From assembly GCA_965227515.1 (NCBI GenBank), contig CBDDFZ010000001.1, positions 2,560,001-2,624,000 on the forward strand: DNA of 64,000 nt, in the 5' to 3' direction. Origin of the DNA: Alphaproteobacteria bacterium. GTDB taxonomy: Bacteria; Pseudomonadota; Alphaproteobacteria; CALKHQ01. How positions within the stretch are numbered: the stretch's first letter is position 1; the number at the start of each line of letters is the position of its first letter. Both the position numbers and the translations under genes were made by a program. The notes under the pieces were generated by a model. That model made no database searches. It was not told the DNA's origin and saw only the letters and a list, made by a program, of their open reading frames with translations. Shown piece after piece: positions 19,581 to 28,458 of the stretch.

Positions 19581-20474
19581 ATGCGCGTCGCACTGATCGG
19601 GGCGACCAGCAAGACCGGCCGCTTCCTGGCGCCGCGGCTGGTCAACGACGGCCACGATCTGGTCGCCATCGGCCGCGACGCCGCGCGCTTGCAGGCGCGC
19701 GTGCCCGATGCCGAACATCGCGTCGCCGACTTTTCCGACCCGGCCACCGTCGCGAAGTCCCTGGACGGCATCGAGGTCGTCGTCAGTTTGGCCCACGCGC
19801 GCACGATTTCGACACTGCTGGCGGCATTGCCGCAGAGCGTGCGGCGGATGGTCGTGACCGGCAGCACCCGGAAGTTCACGCGACTGCCCGATCCGGCCGC
19901 CGACGAGGTGCGGGCGGGTGAGGCAGCATGGCGGGCCTTCCGCGACCGGGGCGCCGCCCAGGGAGGTTGCGAGGCGGTGTTGCTGCACCCCTCGATGATC
20001 TATGGCGCGCCGGAGGACCGCAGTGTCGGCACCATCCTGCGCGCGTTCAGGAAATGGCCGCGCTGGATGCCGGCGCCGGTGCCGCTGCCGGCCGGTGGGC
20101 GCCACACGGTGCAGCCGGTGTTCGTCGACGACGTGGTGGCCGCTTTCGCCGCCGCCGTGACGGTCGAGCACGTGCCGGCGGAACCGATAATCCTCGCCGG
20201 GCCGGCGCCGATCCCCTACCGCGAGATGGTGCGTACCTGTGCCGCCGCCGTCGGCCGACGGGTCGCGGTCGTGCCGGTCCCTGTCGGCCTGGGCGCCGGC
20301 GTGCTCGGCGGGCTGGCAAAGGTCGGGCTCAGGCTGCCGGTCTCGGCCGCCGCGCTGCGCCGCACCGCCGAGGACAAGGCGTTCGACGTCTCACCGATGA
20401 TCGACGGCCTGGGCGTCACCCCGCGCGACTTCGCGTCCGGCGTGGCGGAAAAGGTGCGGCGGGGGTGGCTCTGA
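19581..20474 (+). CDS. NAD(P)-binding atypical SDR/epimerase
   Basis: IGATSKTG, PSMIYG, QPVFVDDV. Confidence 0.8.
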   Translation: MRVALIGATSKTGRFLAPRLVNDGHDLVAIGRDAARLQARVPDAEHRVADFSDPATVAKSLDGIEVVVSLAHARTISTLLAALPQSVRRMVVTGSTRKFTRLPDPAADEVRAGEAAWRAFRDRGAAQGGCEAVLLHPSMIYGAPEDRSVGTILRAFRKWPRWMPAPVPLPAGGRHTVQPVFVDDVVAAFAAAVTVEHVPAEPIILAGPAPIPYREMVRTCAAAVGRRVAVVPVPVGLGAGVLGGLAKVGLRLPVSAAALRRTAEDKAFDVSPMIDGLGVTPRDFASGVAEKVRRGWL

Positions 20475-20516
20475 GCTATTCTGAAGCTTGCGAATGGGCG
20501 CTTCGTCGAGGGGATC

Positions 20517-20864
20517 ATGACCGTCACCATCTACCACAACCCGCGTTGCAGCAAATCGCGCCAGACCCTGGCGCTGCTGGAGGAGCGCGATGTCGTGCCG
20601 GTCGTGGTGGAGTACCTGAAGGACCCGCCGGACGCCGCGACCCTGGACGCCATCCTGCGCGAACTCGGCATGGAGCCGCGCGACCTGATGCGCAAGAAGG
20701 AGGCGCCCTACAAGGACCTCAATCTCGCCGACCCGGACCTGTCGCGGGCCGAGCTGATCGGGGCGATGGCGGAGAACCCGATCCTGATCGAGCGCCCGAT
20801 CGTGCGCAAGGACGGCAAGGCCGCCATCGGCCGCCCGCCGGAAGCGGTGCTGGAGGTGCTTTAG
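20517..20864 (+). CDS. arsC: Arsenate reductase (glutaredoxin) family
   Basis: IYHNPRCSKSR, LIERPIV, IGRPPE. Confidence 0.9.
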   Translation: MTVTIYHNPRCSKSRQTLALLEERDVVPVVVEYLKDPPDAATLDAILRELGMEPRDLMRKKEAPYKDLNLADPDLSRAELIGAMAENPILIERPIVRKDGKAAIGRPPEAVLEVL

Positions 20865-20934
20865 GCGGCGCGCGGCGCCGGTCAAGGATGACAATGGGGG
20901 GCGCTGCGCCTCGCAATGATGGAAAGGGCGGAGG

Positions 20935-21288
20935 CTACCCCAACAGCGTCAGGGTGTTGCCGGCCGGGTCGGTGAAGTGCGCCAGCGAGCCGCCCCAGAA
21001 CTGCTTTTCCGGCGGCGACGTGAACGCCACGCCCTTGGCCGCCAGGTCGGCGTGGGTCGCCGCGATGTCGTCCACCTGCAGCGAGATGCCGACGAACCGC
21101 CCGATCAGGTTGCCGTCGTCGCCATCTGGCGCGGTGCGCTCGACGATCAGTTGCGGCCCGCCGGCATCGACCCCGAACACGCCGTGGTCGGGCATGTCCC
21201 AGACGACCTGCAGCCCCAGGGTCTCGGCGTAGAACGCCTTCGCGCTCGCGTAGTCATCGACCCAGATGCGCACGCCGTAGAGTTTCAT
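20935..21288 (-). CDS. VOC/glyoxalase family protein
   Basis: AKAFY..TLGL, VDDI, WGG....F.DP.GN. Confidence 0.88.
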   Translation of the reverse strand: MKLYGVRIWVDDYASAKAFYAETLGLQVVWDMPDHGVFGVDAGGPQLIVERTAPDGDDGNLIGRFVGISLQVDDIAATHADLAAKGVAFTSPPEKQFWGGSLAHFTDPAGNTLTLLG

Positions 21289-21319
21289 CGCTCCCTCCTT
21301 GCGGCGCTTCTGAAGGCCC

Positions 21320-23131
21320 TCAGTCCTGCGCCTTCACCGCCACGTAGCTGCCGGGTGCGTCCTCGATCACCTTCAGCTTGCCATCGCCGGGCTTGCGCGC
21401 CGGCACCTGGCCGCCGTCGTGCCTTTCCACCCATTTCTGCCATTCCGGCCACCACGAGCCCGGCTCTTCCTTGGCGTTCTTCAGCCAGGTCTCCGGCTTC
21501 TTCGGGTTACGGCCGCTGCCGATCCAGTGCGAGTACTTCTCGGACGCCGGCGGGTTGACCACGCCGGCGATGTGGCCGGAGGCGGCGAGGCAGAACTTCA
21601 CCGGGCCGGAGAACAGATTGACCGCGGCGTAAGTCGAGGTCCACGGCGCGATGTGGTCCTCGCGGGTCGACAGCATGAACACCGGCGTATCGACGGTGGT
21701 GAGGTCGATCGGCACGCCATCCAGGACGATGCCGCCCGGCTGCACCAGCCTGTTCTCCTGGTACATATTGCGCAGGTAGTACGAGTGCATCACCGCCGGC
21801 ATGCGGGTGCTGTCGGAGTTCCAGTACAACAGGTCGAACGGGAACGGGTCCTTGCCCATCAGGTAGTTGTTGACCACGAACGACCAGATCAGGTCGTTGG
21901 CGCGCAGCATGTTGAACGTGGTGGCCATGTCGCTGCCGGCGAGATAGCCCTGCTTGTTCATGCGCTCTTCAAGTGCTGCGAGCTGTTCCTCGTCGATGAA
22001 GACCGACAGTTCGCCGGCCTCGGAGAAGTCGGTCAGCGTGGTCAGGAACGTGGCGCTGACCACCCGCGTGTCGCCCTTGGCCTTCATGTAGGCCAGCGTG
22101 CTGGCCAGCAGGGTGCCGCCCAGGCAATAGCCGATGACGTTGAGGTCGGTCTCGCCGGTGGCTTTGGCGATGGCGTCCATCGCCGCCAGCGGGCCTTCCA
22201 GCATGTAGTCCTCGAACGACTTGCGCGCCAGCGCCTCGTTCGGGTTCACCCACGACAGCACGAACACGGTGTGGCCCTGTTCCACCGCCCATTTGATGAA
22301 CGAGTTCTTCGGGCGCAAATCCAGGATGTAGTACTTGTTGATCCACGGCGGGATGATCATCAGCGGCCGCTTGGCCACGGTCTTCGTCGTCGGCTCGTAT
22401 TGCAGCAGCTGGATCAGGTCGTTCTGGTACACCACCTTGCCGGGGGTGACGGCGATATTCTCGCCAAGCTCGAACGCTTCCAGATCGGTCATCTTGATGT
22501 GGAGCTGGCCCTTGCCGCGCTCCAGGTCGTCCAACAGGTTCTGCAGGCCCTTGACCAGGTTCTCGCCGCGGCTCTCCAGCGTGGTGCGCAGTACCTCCGG
22601 ATTGGTCATGACGAAGTTCGACGGCGCCATCGCGTCGACGAACTGGCGGGTATAGAAGTCCACCTTCTTCGCCGTCTTGTCGTCCAGGCCGTCGACGTCG
22701 CGCACCGTGTTCAGCATCCAGCGCGACGTCATCAGGTAGCTCTGCTTGATGAAGTCGAACACGTTGCCGTCGTTCCAGGAGTCGTCGCGGAAGCGCCGGT
22801 CGCCCTCCGGCGGATGTTCCACCGGGTCGACATTGTGGCCCAGCATGCGCTGGGTGGCGTTCTGCCAGATCTCCATGTAGCCCTGCCACAGGTCGACCTG
22901 GGCCTGCATCAGCTTGGCCGGGTTGGCCATCATCCGCGTGGTCATTTCCAGGAACGCGCTGCCGATGTTCAGCGGATCGCTCATGCCCAGGTGGGGGCCG
23001 TCGGCGCCGTTGCCCTGTCGGCTCATGAAATCGAGCACCAGCTTGCGGCTCTGCTCCGCGATCTTGGCCATGTTCTGGCCGAGCTCCATCGGATCCTGCC
23101 TGTTGGTCTCGGTCTGCTGCTGGTCGCTCAT
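21320..23131 (-). CDS. phaC: Class I polyhydroxyalkanoate synthase
   Basis: PPWINKYYILDL, GYCLGG lipase box, DHIAPW, SGHIAGV, SWWPEW. Confidence 0.96.
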   Translation of the reverse strand: MSDQQQTETNRQDPMELGQNMAKIAEQSRKLVLDFMSRQGNGADGPHLGMSDPLNIGSAFLEMTTRMMANPAKLMQAQVDLWQGYMEIWQNATQRMLGHNVDPVEHPPEGDRRFRDDSWNDGNVFDFIKQSYLMTSRWMLNTVRDVDGLDDKTAKKVDFYTRQFVDAMAPSNFVMTNPEVLRTTLESRGENLVKGLQNLLDDLERGKGQLHIKMTDLEAFELGENIAVTPGKVVYQNDLIQLLQYEPTTKTVAKRPLMIIPPWINKYYILDLRPKNSFIKWAVEQGHTVFVLSWVNPNEALARKSFEDYMLEGPLAAMDAIAKATGETDLNVIGYCLGGTLLASTLAYMKAKGDTRVVSATFLTTLTDFSEAGELSVFIDEEQLAALEERMNKQGYLAGSDMATTFNMLRANDLIWSFVVNNYLMGKDPFPFDLLYWNSDSTRMPAVMHSYYLRNMYQENRLVQPGGIVLDGVPIDLTTVDTPVFMLSTREDHIAPWTSTYAAVNLFSGPVKFCLAASGHIAGVVNPPASEKYSHWIGSGRNPKKPETWLKNAKEEPGSWWPEWQKWVERHDGGQVPARKPGDGKLKVIEDAPGSYVAVKAQD

Positions 23132-23493
23132 GCGGCCACCTCGTGTCTGGTGATGTGCCGCCTCATGCGTCGCCGGGCCGGCACGTCGATGGTCAGGGCG
23201 GATACATGGCTTTCGGCGAATTTGCAAAGCCCAATCAGGCTTTGCCATGACGCACTCTTCGGGATGCCGCGTGCCGCGCGAATGGCCTCTCCATAGCAGT
23301 AGTGCGGCGCAACCCAATGTAAAGCTTGGATGACGGCGCTTCATTTGCTAGGCATCGTAGCGTTCGGGTCTCGCGCCGCGCCGCGGGCCCGCGATGCTGA
23401 CGGGGGCGCGTCACGACGTTCCCGAACGGACTGGGGACACGCAAATTGCCTGGGCCAATCACGACTATTGAGCCGGCCTCCTCCGCGCAGGCC

Positions 23494-24240
23494 GTGCGCA
23501 TACGCCGAAGCCTGACGCCGCTGCTGGCGGCGGCCATGCTGGCCGGCGGCTTGGCGGGCTGCAGCGACTGGTTCAGCGGCGACGACGACCTCTATACCGG
23601 CCCCAGCGGCATCACGCTGCGCGCCGACGAGACGTTCCCGGCGGTCGGCACCGTGCCGGACCGTCCCGAGCCCATGACCACCGAGGCGGAGCGTCAGGCT
23701 GCCATCGACACCGGTGTGCCGGTCATCACCGATGCGCCGACATCCATGCCGCCCGCGCCGCAGCAGCCGCAGGTGTCCCAAACCCCAGCGCAGCAGACCG
23801 TCGTTCCGCAGCAAACGGTGGTGCCGCAGCAGCCGGTCGCCCAGCAGGTCGTCTCTGTGACGCCGCCGGCGGTCAACATCCCCCAGGGCACGGTGCTGGT
23901 GGCCACGGTCAACTTCCTGACCTCGTCGGACAATCTGGACGGCCGCGACCAGCAGATTCTGCGCGACGTTGTGGAATTGCAGCGCGCCACCGGCCGGATC
24001 GTGACGGTGGTCGGCCATGCCAGCGCGCGCACCGCGCCGATGATGCCGCAGCGCGCGGCGCTGATTAACTACCAGTTGTCGATTGACCGGGCGAAGGCGG
24101 TGGCCGACGCGCTGGTCCGTCTGGGCGTGCCGCCCGGCTCGGTATATGTGTATGCCGTGGGCGACCGGCAGCCGGCGTTCCTGGAGAACATGGAAACCGG
24201 CCAGATCGGCAACCAGCGCGCCGAGATCTATTTCAATTGA
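23494..24240 (+). CDS. OmpA-family peptidoglycan-binding lipoprotein
   Basis: LAGC lipobox, Gln/Pro linker (QQTVVP repeats), GHAS...N..LS..RA.AV...N.RAEI. Confidence 0.85.
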   Translation: MRIRRSLTPLLAAAMLAGGLAGCSDWFSGDDDLYTGPSGITLRADETFPAVGTVPDRPEPMTTEAERQAAIDTGVPVITDAPTSMPPAPQQPQVSQTPAQQTVVPQQTVVPQQPVAQQVVSVTPPAVNIPQGTVLVATVNFLTSSDNLDGRDQQILRDVVELQRATGRIVTVVGHASARTAPMMPQRAALINYQLSIDRAKAVADALVRLGVPPGSVYVYAVGDRQPAFLENMETGQIGNQRAEIYFN

Positions 24241-24330
24241 CCCGGGTTGGGTGACGCCGGCCCAGGGGGCCGCGCGGACCGCCCGGTGGCCTGCCGACCG
24301 CATTCGGCCCTGAGAGCTTCGCGAACCGCC

Positions 24331-25560
24331 ATGGACGACCAGTTCTACCGCATCAAACGCCTGCCGCCCTACGTCTTCGCCCAGGTGAACGCCATGAAGG
24401 CGGCGGCGCGGGCCGACGGCGCCGACATTATCGACTTCGGCATGGGCAACCCGGACCGGCCGACCCCGCCGCACATCGTCGAGAAGATGGTGGAGGCGGC
24501 GCGCGACGGGCGGACCCACCGCTATTCCAACTCGCGCGGCATTCCGGGGCTGAGGCGCGCCATTGCCGGCTACTACGGTCGCCGGTTCGGCGTCGACATC
24601 GATCCCGAGCGCGAGGCGATCGTCACCCTTGGCTCGAAGGAGGGGCTGGCCAACCTGGCGCAGGCGATCACCAGCCCCGGCGACGTGGTGCTGGTGCCGA
24701 ACCCCAGTTATCCGATCCACGCCTTCGGCTTCATCATCGCCGGCGGCTCGGTGCGCCATCTGCCGGTCGACTCCGTCGGCGCCCACGAGCTGGGCCCGGC
24801 CTTCATGACCGCGCTGGAGCGTGCGGTGCGCCACTCGGTGCCGAAGCCGGTCGCCGTCATCCTGAACTATCCGGCCAATCCCACCGCGCAGGTCGCCGAC
24901 CTGGATTTCTATGCCGAGGTGGTGGCGTTCTGCCGCCGGCACGAGATTTTCGTCCTGTCCGACCTCGCCTACGCCGAGATCTATTTCGACGGCGACCCGC
25001 CGCCATCGGTGCTGCAGGTACCCGGCGCCAAGGACATTGCGGTCGAGTTCACCTCGATGTCGAAGACGTACAATATGCCGGGCTGGCGCATCGGCTTCGC
25101 GGTCGGCAACCCCGATCTGGTCGCGGCCTTGGCGCGCGTGAAATCCTACCTCGACTATGGCGCGTTCACGCCGATCCAGGTTGCGGCGGCGGCCGCCCTC
25201 AACGGCCCGCAGGACTGCGTGGAGGAAATCCGCAATGTCTATCGCGAGCGCCGCGACGTGCTGATCGACGGGTTGGAGGCGGCCGGCTGGTCGGTCCCCA
25301 GGCCGCCGGCGACCATGTTCGCCTGGGCGCCTATTCCCGAACCCTATGCCGACATGGGCTCGCTGGAGTTCTCCAAGCTGTTGCTGACCGAGGCCAATGT
25401 CGCGGTTGCGCCGGGCGTCGGCTTCGGCGAGTACGGCGACGGCCATGTGCGCATTGGCCTGGTCGAGAACACCCAGCGCATCCGCCAGGCGGTGCGCTCC
25501 ATCCGCCGGTTCCTGAACCAGCAGCCCGCGCCACGGGCCGAACTGGCCGCCGCGCAGTAG
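24331..25560 (+). CDS. alaC: PLP-dependent class I/II aminotransferase (AlaC / LL-DAP aminotransferase-like)
   Basis: FYRIKRLPPYVF, GMGNPD, DLAY, SMSKTYNMPGWRIG; conserved position before hom. Confidence 0.85.
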   Translation: MDDQFYRIKRLPPYVFAQVNAMKAAARADGADIIDFGMGNPDRPTPPHIVEKMVEAARDGRTHRYSNSRGIPGLRRAIAGYYGRRFGVDIDPEREAIVTLGSKEGLANLAQAITSPGDVVLVPNPSYPIHAFGFIIAGGSVRHLPVDSVGAHELGPAFMTALERAVRHSVPKPVAVILNYPANPTAQVADLDFYAEVVAFCRRHEIFVLSDLAYAEIYFDGDPPPSVLQVPGAKDIAVEFTSMSKTYNMPGWRIGFAVGNPDLVAALARVKSYLDYGAFTPIQVAAAAALNGPQDCVEEIRNVYRERRDVLIDGLEAAGWSVPRPPATMFAWAPIPEPYADMGSLEFSKLLLTEANVAVAPGVGFGEYGDGHVRIGLVENTQRIRQAVRSIRRFLNQQPAPRAELAAAQ

Positions 25561-25573
25561 TGTCTTTCTCACG

Positions 25574-25663
25574 AAGTCTGCGCCGGCCCTCTCCCCCACC
25601 CGGCCGCCCAACGAAAGTATCCTGCCTGGGTGGCCGGGTGGGGGAGCGGGCTGGTGCAGACTT
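25574..25663. repeat. ~88-bp hairpin repeat (family C)
   Basis: aagtctgcgccggccctctcccccacccggccgccc...gggtggccgggtggggagcgggctggtgcagactt. Confidence 0.85.
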
Positions 25664-25684
25664 GGCGCGAGCGCTAGCGAAGCG

Positions 25685-26974
25685 ATGAGCCAACCATTTC
25701 AAGTGGCCATTGCCGGCCTGGGCACGGTCGGCTGCGGTGTCGTCGACATCCTGCAGACCCATGGCGAGACCATCGCGGCGCGGGCCGGGCGACCAATCGA
25801 GATCGTGGCGGTCTCGGCGCGGGCGCGGGACCGCGACCGGCCGGTCGACCTCTCCGGATACAAGTGGATCGACGACGTCCACGCGCTGGCCGGCGCACGC
25901 GCGGACGCGGTGGTCGAGGTGATCGGCGGCACCGAAGGGCCGGCGCGCACCCTGGTCGAGACCGTGCTCGGGCGCGGCGGCGCGGTGGTCACCGCCAACA
26001 AAGCGCTGCTGGCCGAGTATGGCGGCGCGCTGGCGCGGCTGGCCGAGGACAGTGGCGGCAAGCTTCTTTACGAGGCCGCGGTCGCCGGCGGCATTCCGGT
26101 GGTCAAGGCGCTGCGCGAGGCGATGGCCGGCAACCGGATCGAGCGCGTCTACGGCATCCTCAATGGCACCTGCAACTACATCCTCTCGGTGATGCGCGAG
26201 ACCGGCCGCGCCTTCGACGACGTGCTGCGCGAGGCGCAGGAATTGGGCTATGCCGAGGCCGATCCCAGCTTCGATATCGACGGTGTCGATGCCGCCCACA
26301 AGATCGCGATCGTAGCCTCGATCGCGTTTGGCGACCTGGTCAACTTCGACGGGGTGCATGTGGAGGGCATTCGCCATGTCTCGCCCGACGATATCGCATT
26401 CGCCGAGGAACTGGGCTACCGCATCAAGCTGATCGCCAGCGCCCGGCGCACCGACAGCGGCGTCGAGCAGCGGGTACATCCGTGCATGGTGCCATTGGCC
26501 GCGCAGATCGCCCATGTCGAGGGCGTGTTCAACGCCGTGGTCGCCAGCGGCGACTTCGTCGATGACATCATGCTGACCGGGCGCGGGGCGGGGGCGGGGC
26601 CGACCGCAACGGCTGTTGTCGCCGACCTGATCGACCTGGCGCGCGGCAACGCGGTGCCCACATTCGGGCGGCCGGTGGGCCAGCTCTCCCAGCCGGTGAC
26701 CTCACCGATGGAGCGCCACGAGGGCGCTTATTACGTGCGCCTGATGGTGCGCGACCAGCCCGGCGTGATCGCGGCGATCTCCGGCGTGTTGCGCGACCAC
26801 GAGATCAGCATGGAAGCGATCATCCAGCGCGGCCGCTCGCCCAACAACGTCGTGCCGGTGGTGATGACCGTCCACGAGACCTCGGAGAAGGCGATGGCGC
26901 GCGCCATGTCCGCCATCGCCGAGCTGGACGCCATGGCCGAACCGCCCCGCCTGATCCGCATCGAGGCGCTTTAG
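25685..26974 (+). CDS. hom: Homoserine dehydrogenase
   Basis: AGLGTVG, VTANKA, YEAAVAGGIP, GILNGTCNYIL, GYAEADP, C-terminal ACT domain. Confidence 0.97.
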   Translation: MSQPFQVAIAGLGTVGCGVVDILQTHGETIAARAGRPIEIVAVSARARDRDRPVDLSGYKWIDDVHALAGARADAVVEVIGGTEGPARTLVETVLGRGGAVVTANKALLAEYGGALARLAEDSGGKLLYEAAVAGGIPVVKALREAMAGNRIERVYGILNGTCNYILSVMRETGRAFDDVLREAQELGYAEADPSFDIDGVDAAHKIAIVASIAFGDLVNFDGVHVEGIRHVSPDDIAFAEELGYRIKLIASARRTDSGVEQRVHPCMVPLAAQIAHVEGVFNAVVASGDFVDDIMLTGRGAGAGPTATAVVADLIDLARGNAVPTFGRPVGQLSQPVTSPMERHEGAYYVRLMVRDQPGVIAAISGVLRDHEISMEAIIQRGRSPNNVVPVVMTVHETSEKAMARAMSAIAELDAMAEPPRLIRIEAL

Positions 26975-27023
26975 GGGCTCCAGAGTACTCCGTTTCAAAC
27001 CGAATCTACTTCCCGAGTCGTAC

Positions 27024-27051
27024 CCGTGTACATCCCGTGGTATGTACACGG
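27024..27051. promoter_or_regulatory. Perfect 10-bp inverted repeat, candidate operator
   Basis: CCGTGTACAT-N8-ATGTACACGG, ending ~20 bp before the ATG at 27073. Confidence 0.5.
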
Positions 27052-27072
27052 TTTGATTGTGGGGAGGGGATA

Positions 27073-28395
27073 ATGACGCGAGCAATTTTCGCGGCCATGA
27101 GGGCCGTGCGACCCTTGCTGGCCAAGGCTTTGGCCGGCACATCCATTATGGCACTGGCGGCATGCACCGCCGCTTCGAGCGGGTTTCGGGCCGAGACCCA
27201 GAGCCAGGTCGGTGGATTTACCGAGCGGGCCGCGGCGGCCCTGGCGCGCGGCGACATCGTTCAGGCACGCAGCGATTTCGGCCAGGCCCTGCGCACGCTC
27301 GACCTGATGGAGGAGGACCTCTATCTGGCCAATAACCTGTACCTTGAGCGCTCCGAGGCCGCCGCCGGGCGAGGCTGGACCGACATACTGGCCGGCCGCA
27401 TGGAGGAAGGGCGCGCCGGCATTGGCGGTGCCATCGAGCAACTGGTCGACGACGAGTTCGCCCACGTCGACTATCTGCGCCGCATTCAGCGCGACGAGCA
27501 GACCGGCCTGTTGATCCTGGGCGCAATCGCCGGGGTCGGCGCGGTCATCGCGGATTCCAGGGCGGGCTACCCCGAGAACGGGGCGATCGATGCCTTGACC
27601 AGGCCGGACGGGCTGTATGACTCCCTGGCGCGTGCGATCGACCAAATCGGCGCTTCTGACCCGTCGGTCCTCGCGGAACGCTTCGTCGGCAGCAATTCGA
27701 CCGATTCCGACGGCATCCGCATGCTGATGCTGCCCGGCTACAACTACCCGCTCAATTTGGTCGGGCAGGTGCTGGCGGGCGGCAGCCTGTGCACCGGCAG
27801 CCTGATCGGCCAGCGCATGGTGCTGACGGCTGCGCACTGCGTCACCGACGATGCGGGCGGCCAACTGCCGGCCAGTACTATCGGATTCGTGCTGTCGAGC
27901 CCGAGCTACACCCATTCGGTGCTGGCGAAGGCGGTGCACATGGCTGCGCCGCGTTGGGATGAGGCGCCTGAGAACGACTGGGCGGTGGTCGAACTGGTGT
28001 CGCACCCGCCGGGTTTCGGCCATCTCACACCGCGCCTGGCGCCGGCGAGCGACGCGGAAGTCCCTGCGTTGTCCGGCCGCCTGATGCTGCCGGGCTACAG
28101 CGCGGACCTCAACGACGGGCGGTTCATGTCCTTGGACTATGGCTGCTCGCCGTTGGCGGTTGAGAGTAGCGGCGCGCTGGTGGGCCACCTTTGCGCCTCT
28201 TGGCAAGGTGCGTCGGGCGCGCCCTTGATGATCGCAGGCAACAACGCAACCGCGGCCGAGGTCATCGGCATTCACACTCTTGGTATCCGAGGCACCGACT
28301 TGCGCGTGATGCGCGCCATCGATGCCGAGTTGCTGGCGACGCTCACCGCCATCGTCGGCGGCGGCGAACCCCCGAAGCCCGCAGACGGGGAGTAG
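27073..28395 (+). CDS. Putative lipoprotein with C-terminal trypsin-like (V8/glutamyl endopeptidase-like) serine protease domain
   Basis: LAAC lipobox; CTGSLI, LTAAHC (His), NDWAV (Asp), GASGAP (Ser). Confidence 0.8.
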   Translation: MTRAIFAAMRAVRPLLAKALAGTSIMALAACTAASSGFRAETQSQVGGFTERAAAALARGDIVQARSDFGQALRTLDLMEEDLYLANNLYLERSEAAAGRGWTDILAGRMEEGRAGIGGAIEQLVDDEFAHVDYLRRIQRDEQTGLLILGAIAGVGAVIADSRAGYPENGAIDALTRPDGLYDSLARAIDQIGASDPSVLAERFVGSNSTDSDGIRMLMLPGYNYPLNLVGQVLAGGSLCTGSLIGQRMVLTAAHCVTDDAGGQLPASTIGFVLSSPSYTHSVLAKAVHMAAPRWDEAPENDWAVVELVSHPPGFGHLTPRLAPASDAEVPALSGRLMLPGYSADLNDGRFMSLDYGCSPLAVESSGALVGHLCASWQGASGAPLMIAGNNATAAEVIGIHTLGIRGTDLRVMRAIDAELLATLTAIVGGGEPPKPADGE

Positions 28396-28458
28396 GCCTA
28401 CAACCATTCTCGACGCCCTCGGCCTTGTGCCGAGGGCATCATTGAGGTTTGGGGTTGC

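Noticed and set aside
20880-28440. Isolated REP-like fragments at ~20881-20920 and 28411-28440
   Set aside because: Degenerate single arms; consistent with the repeat families but too partial to call separately.
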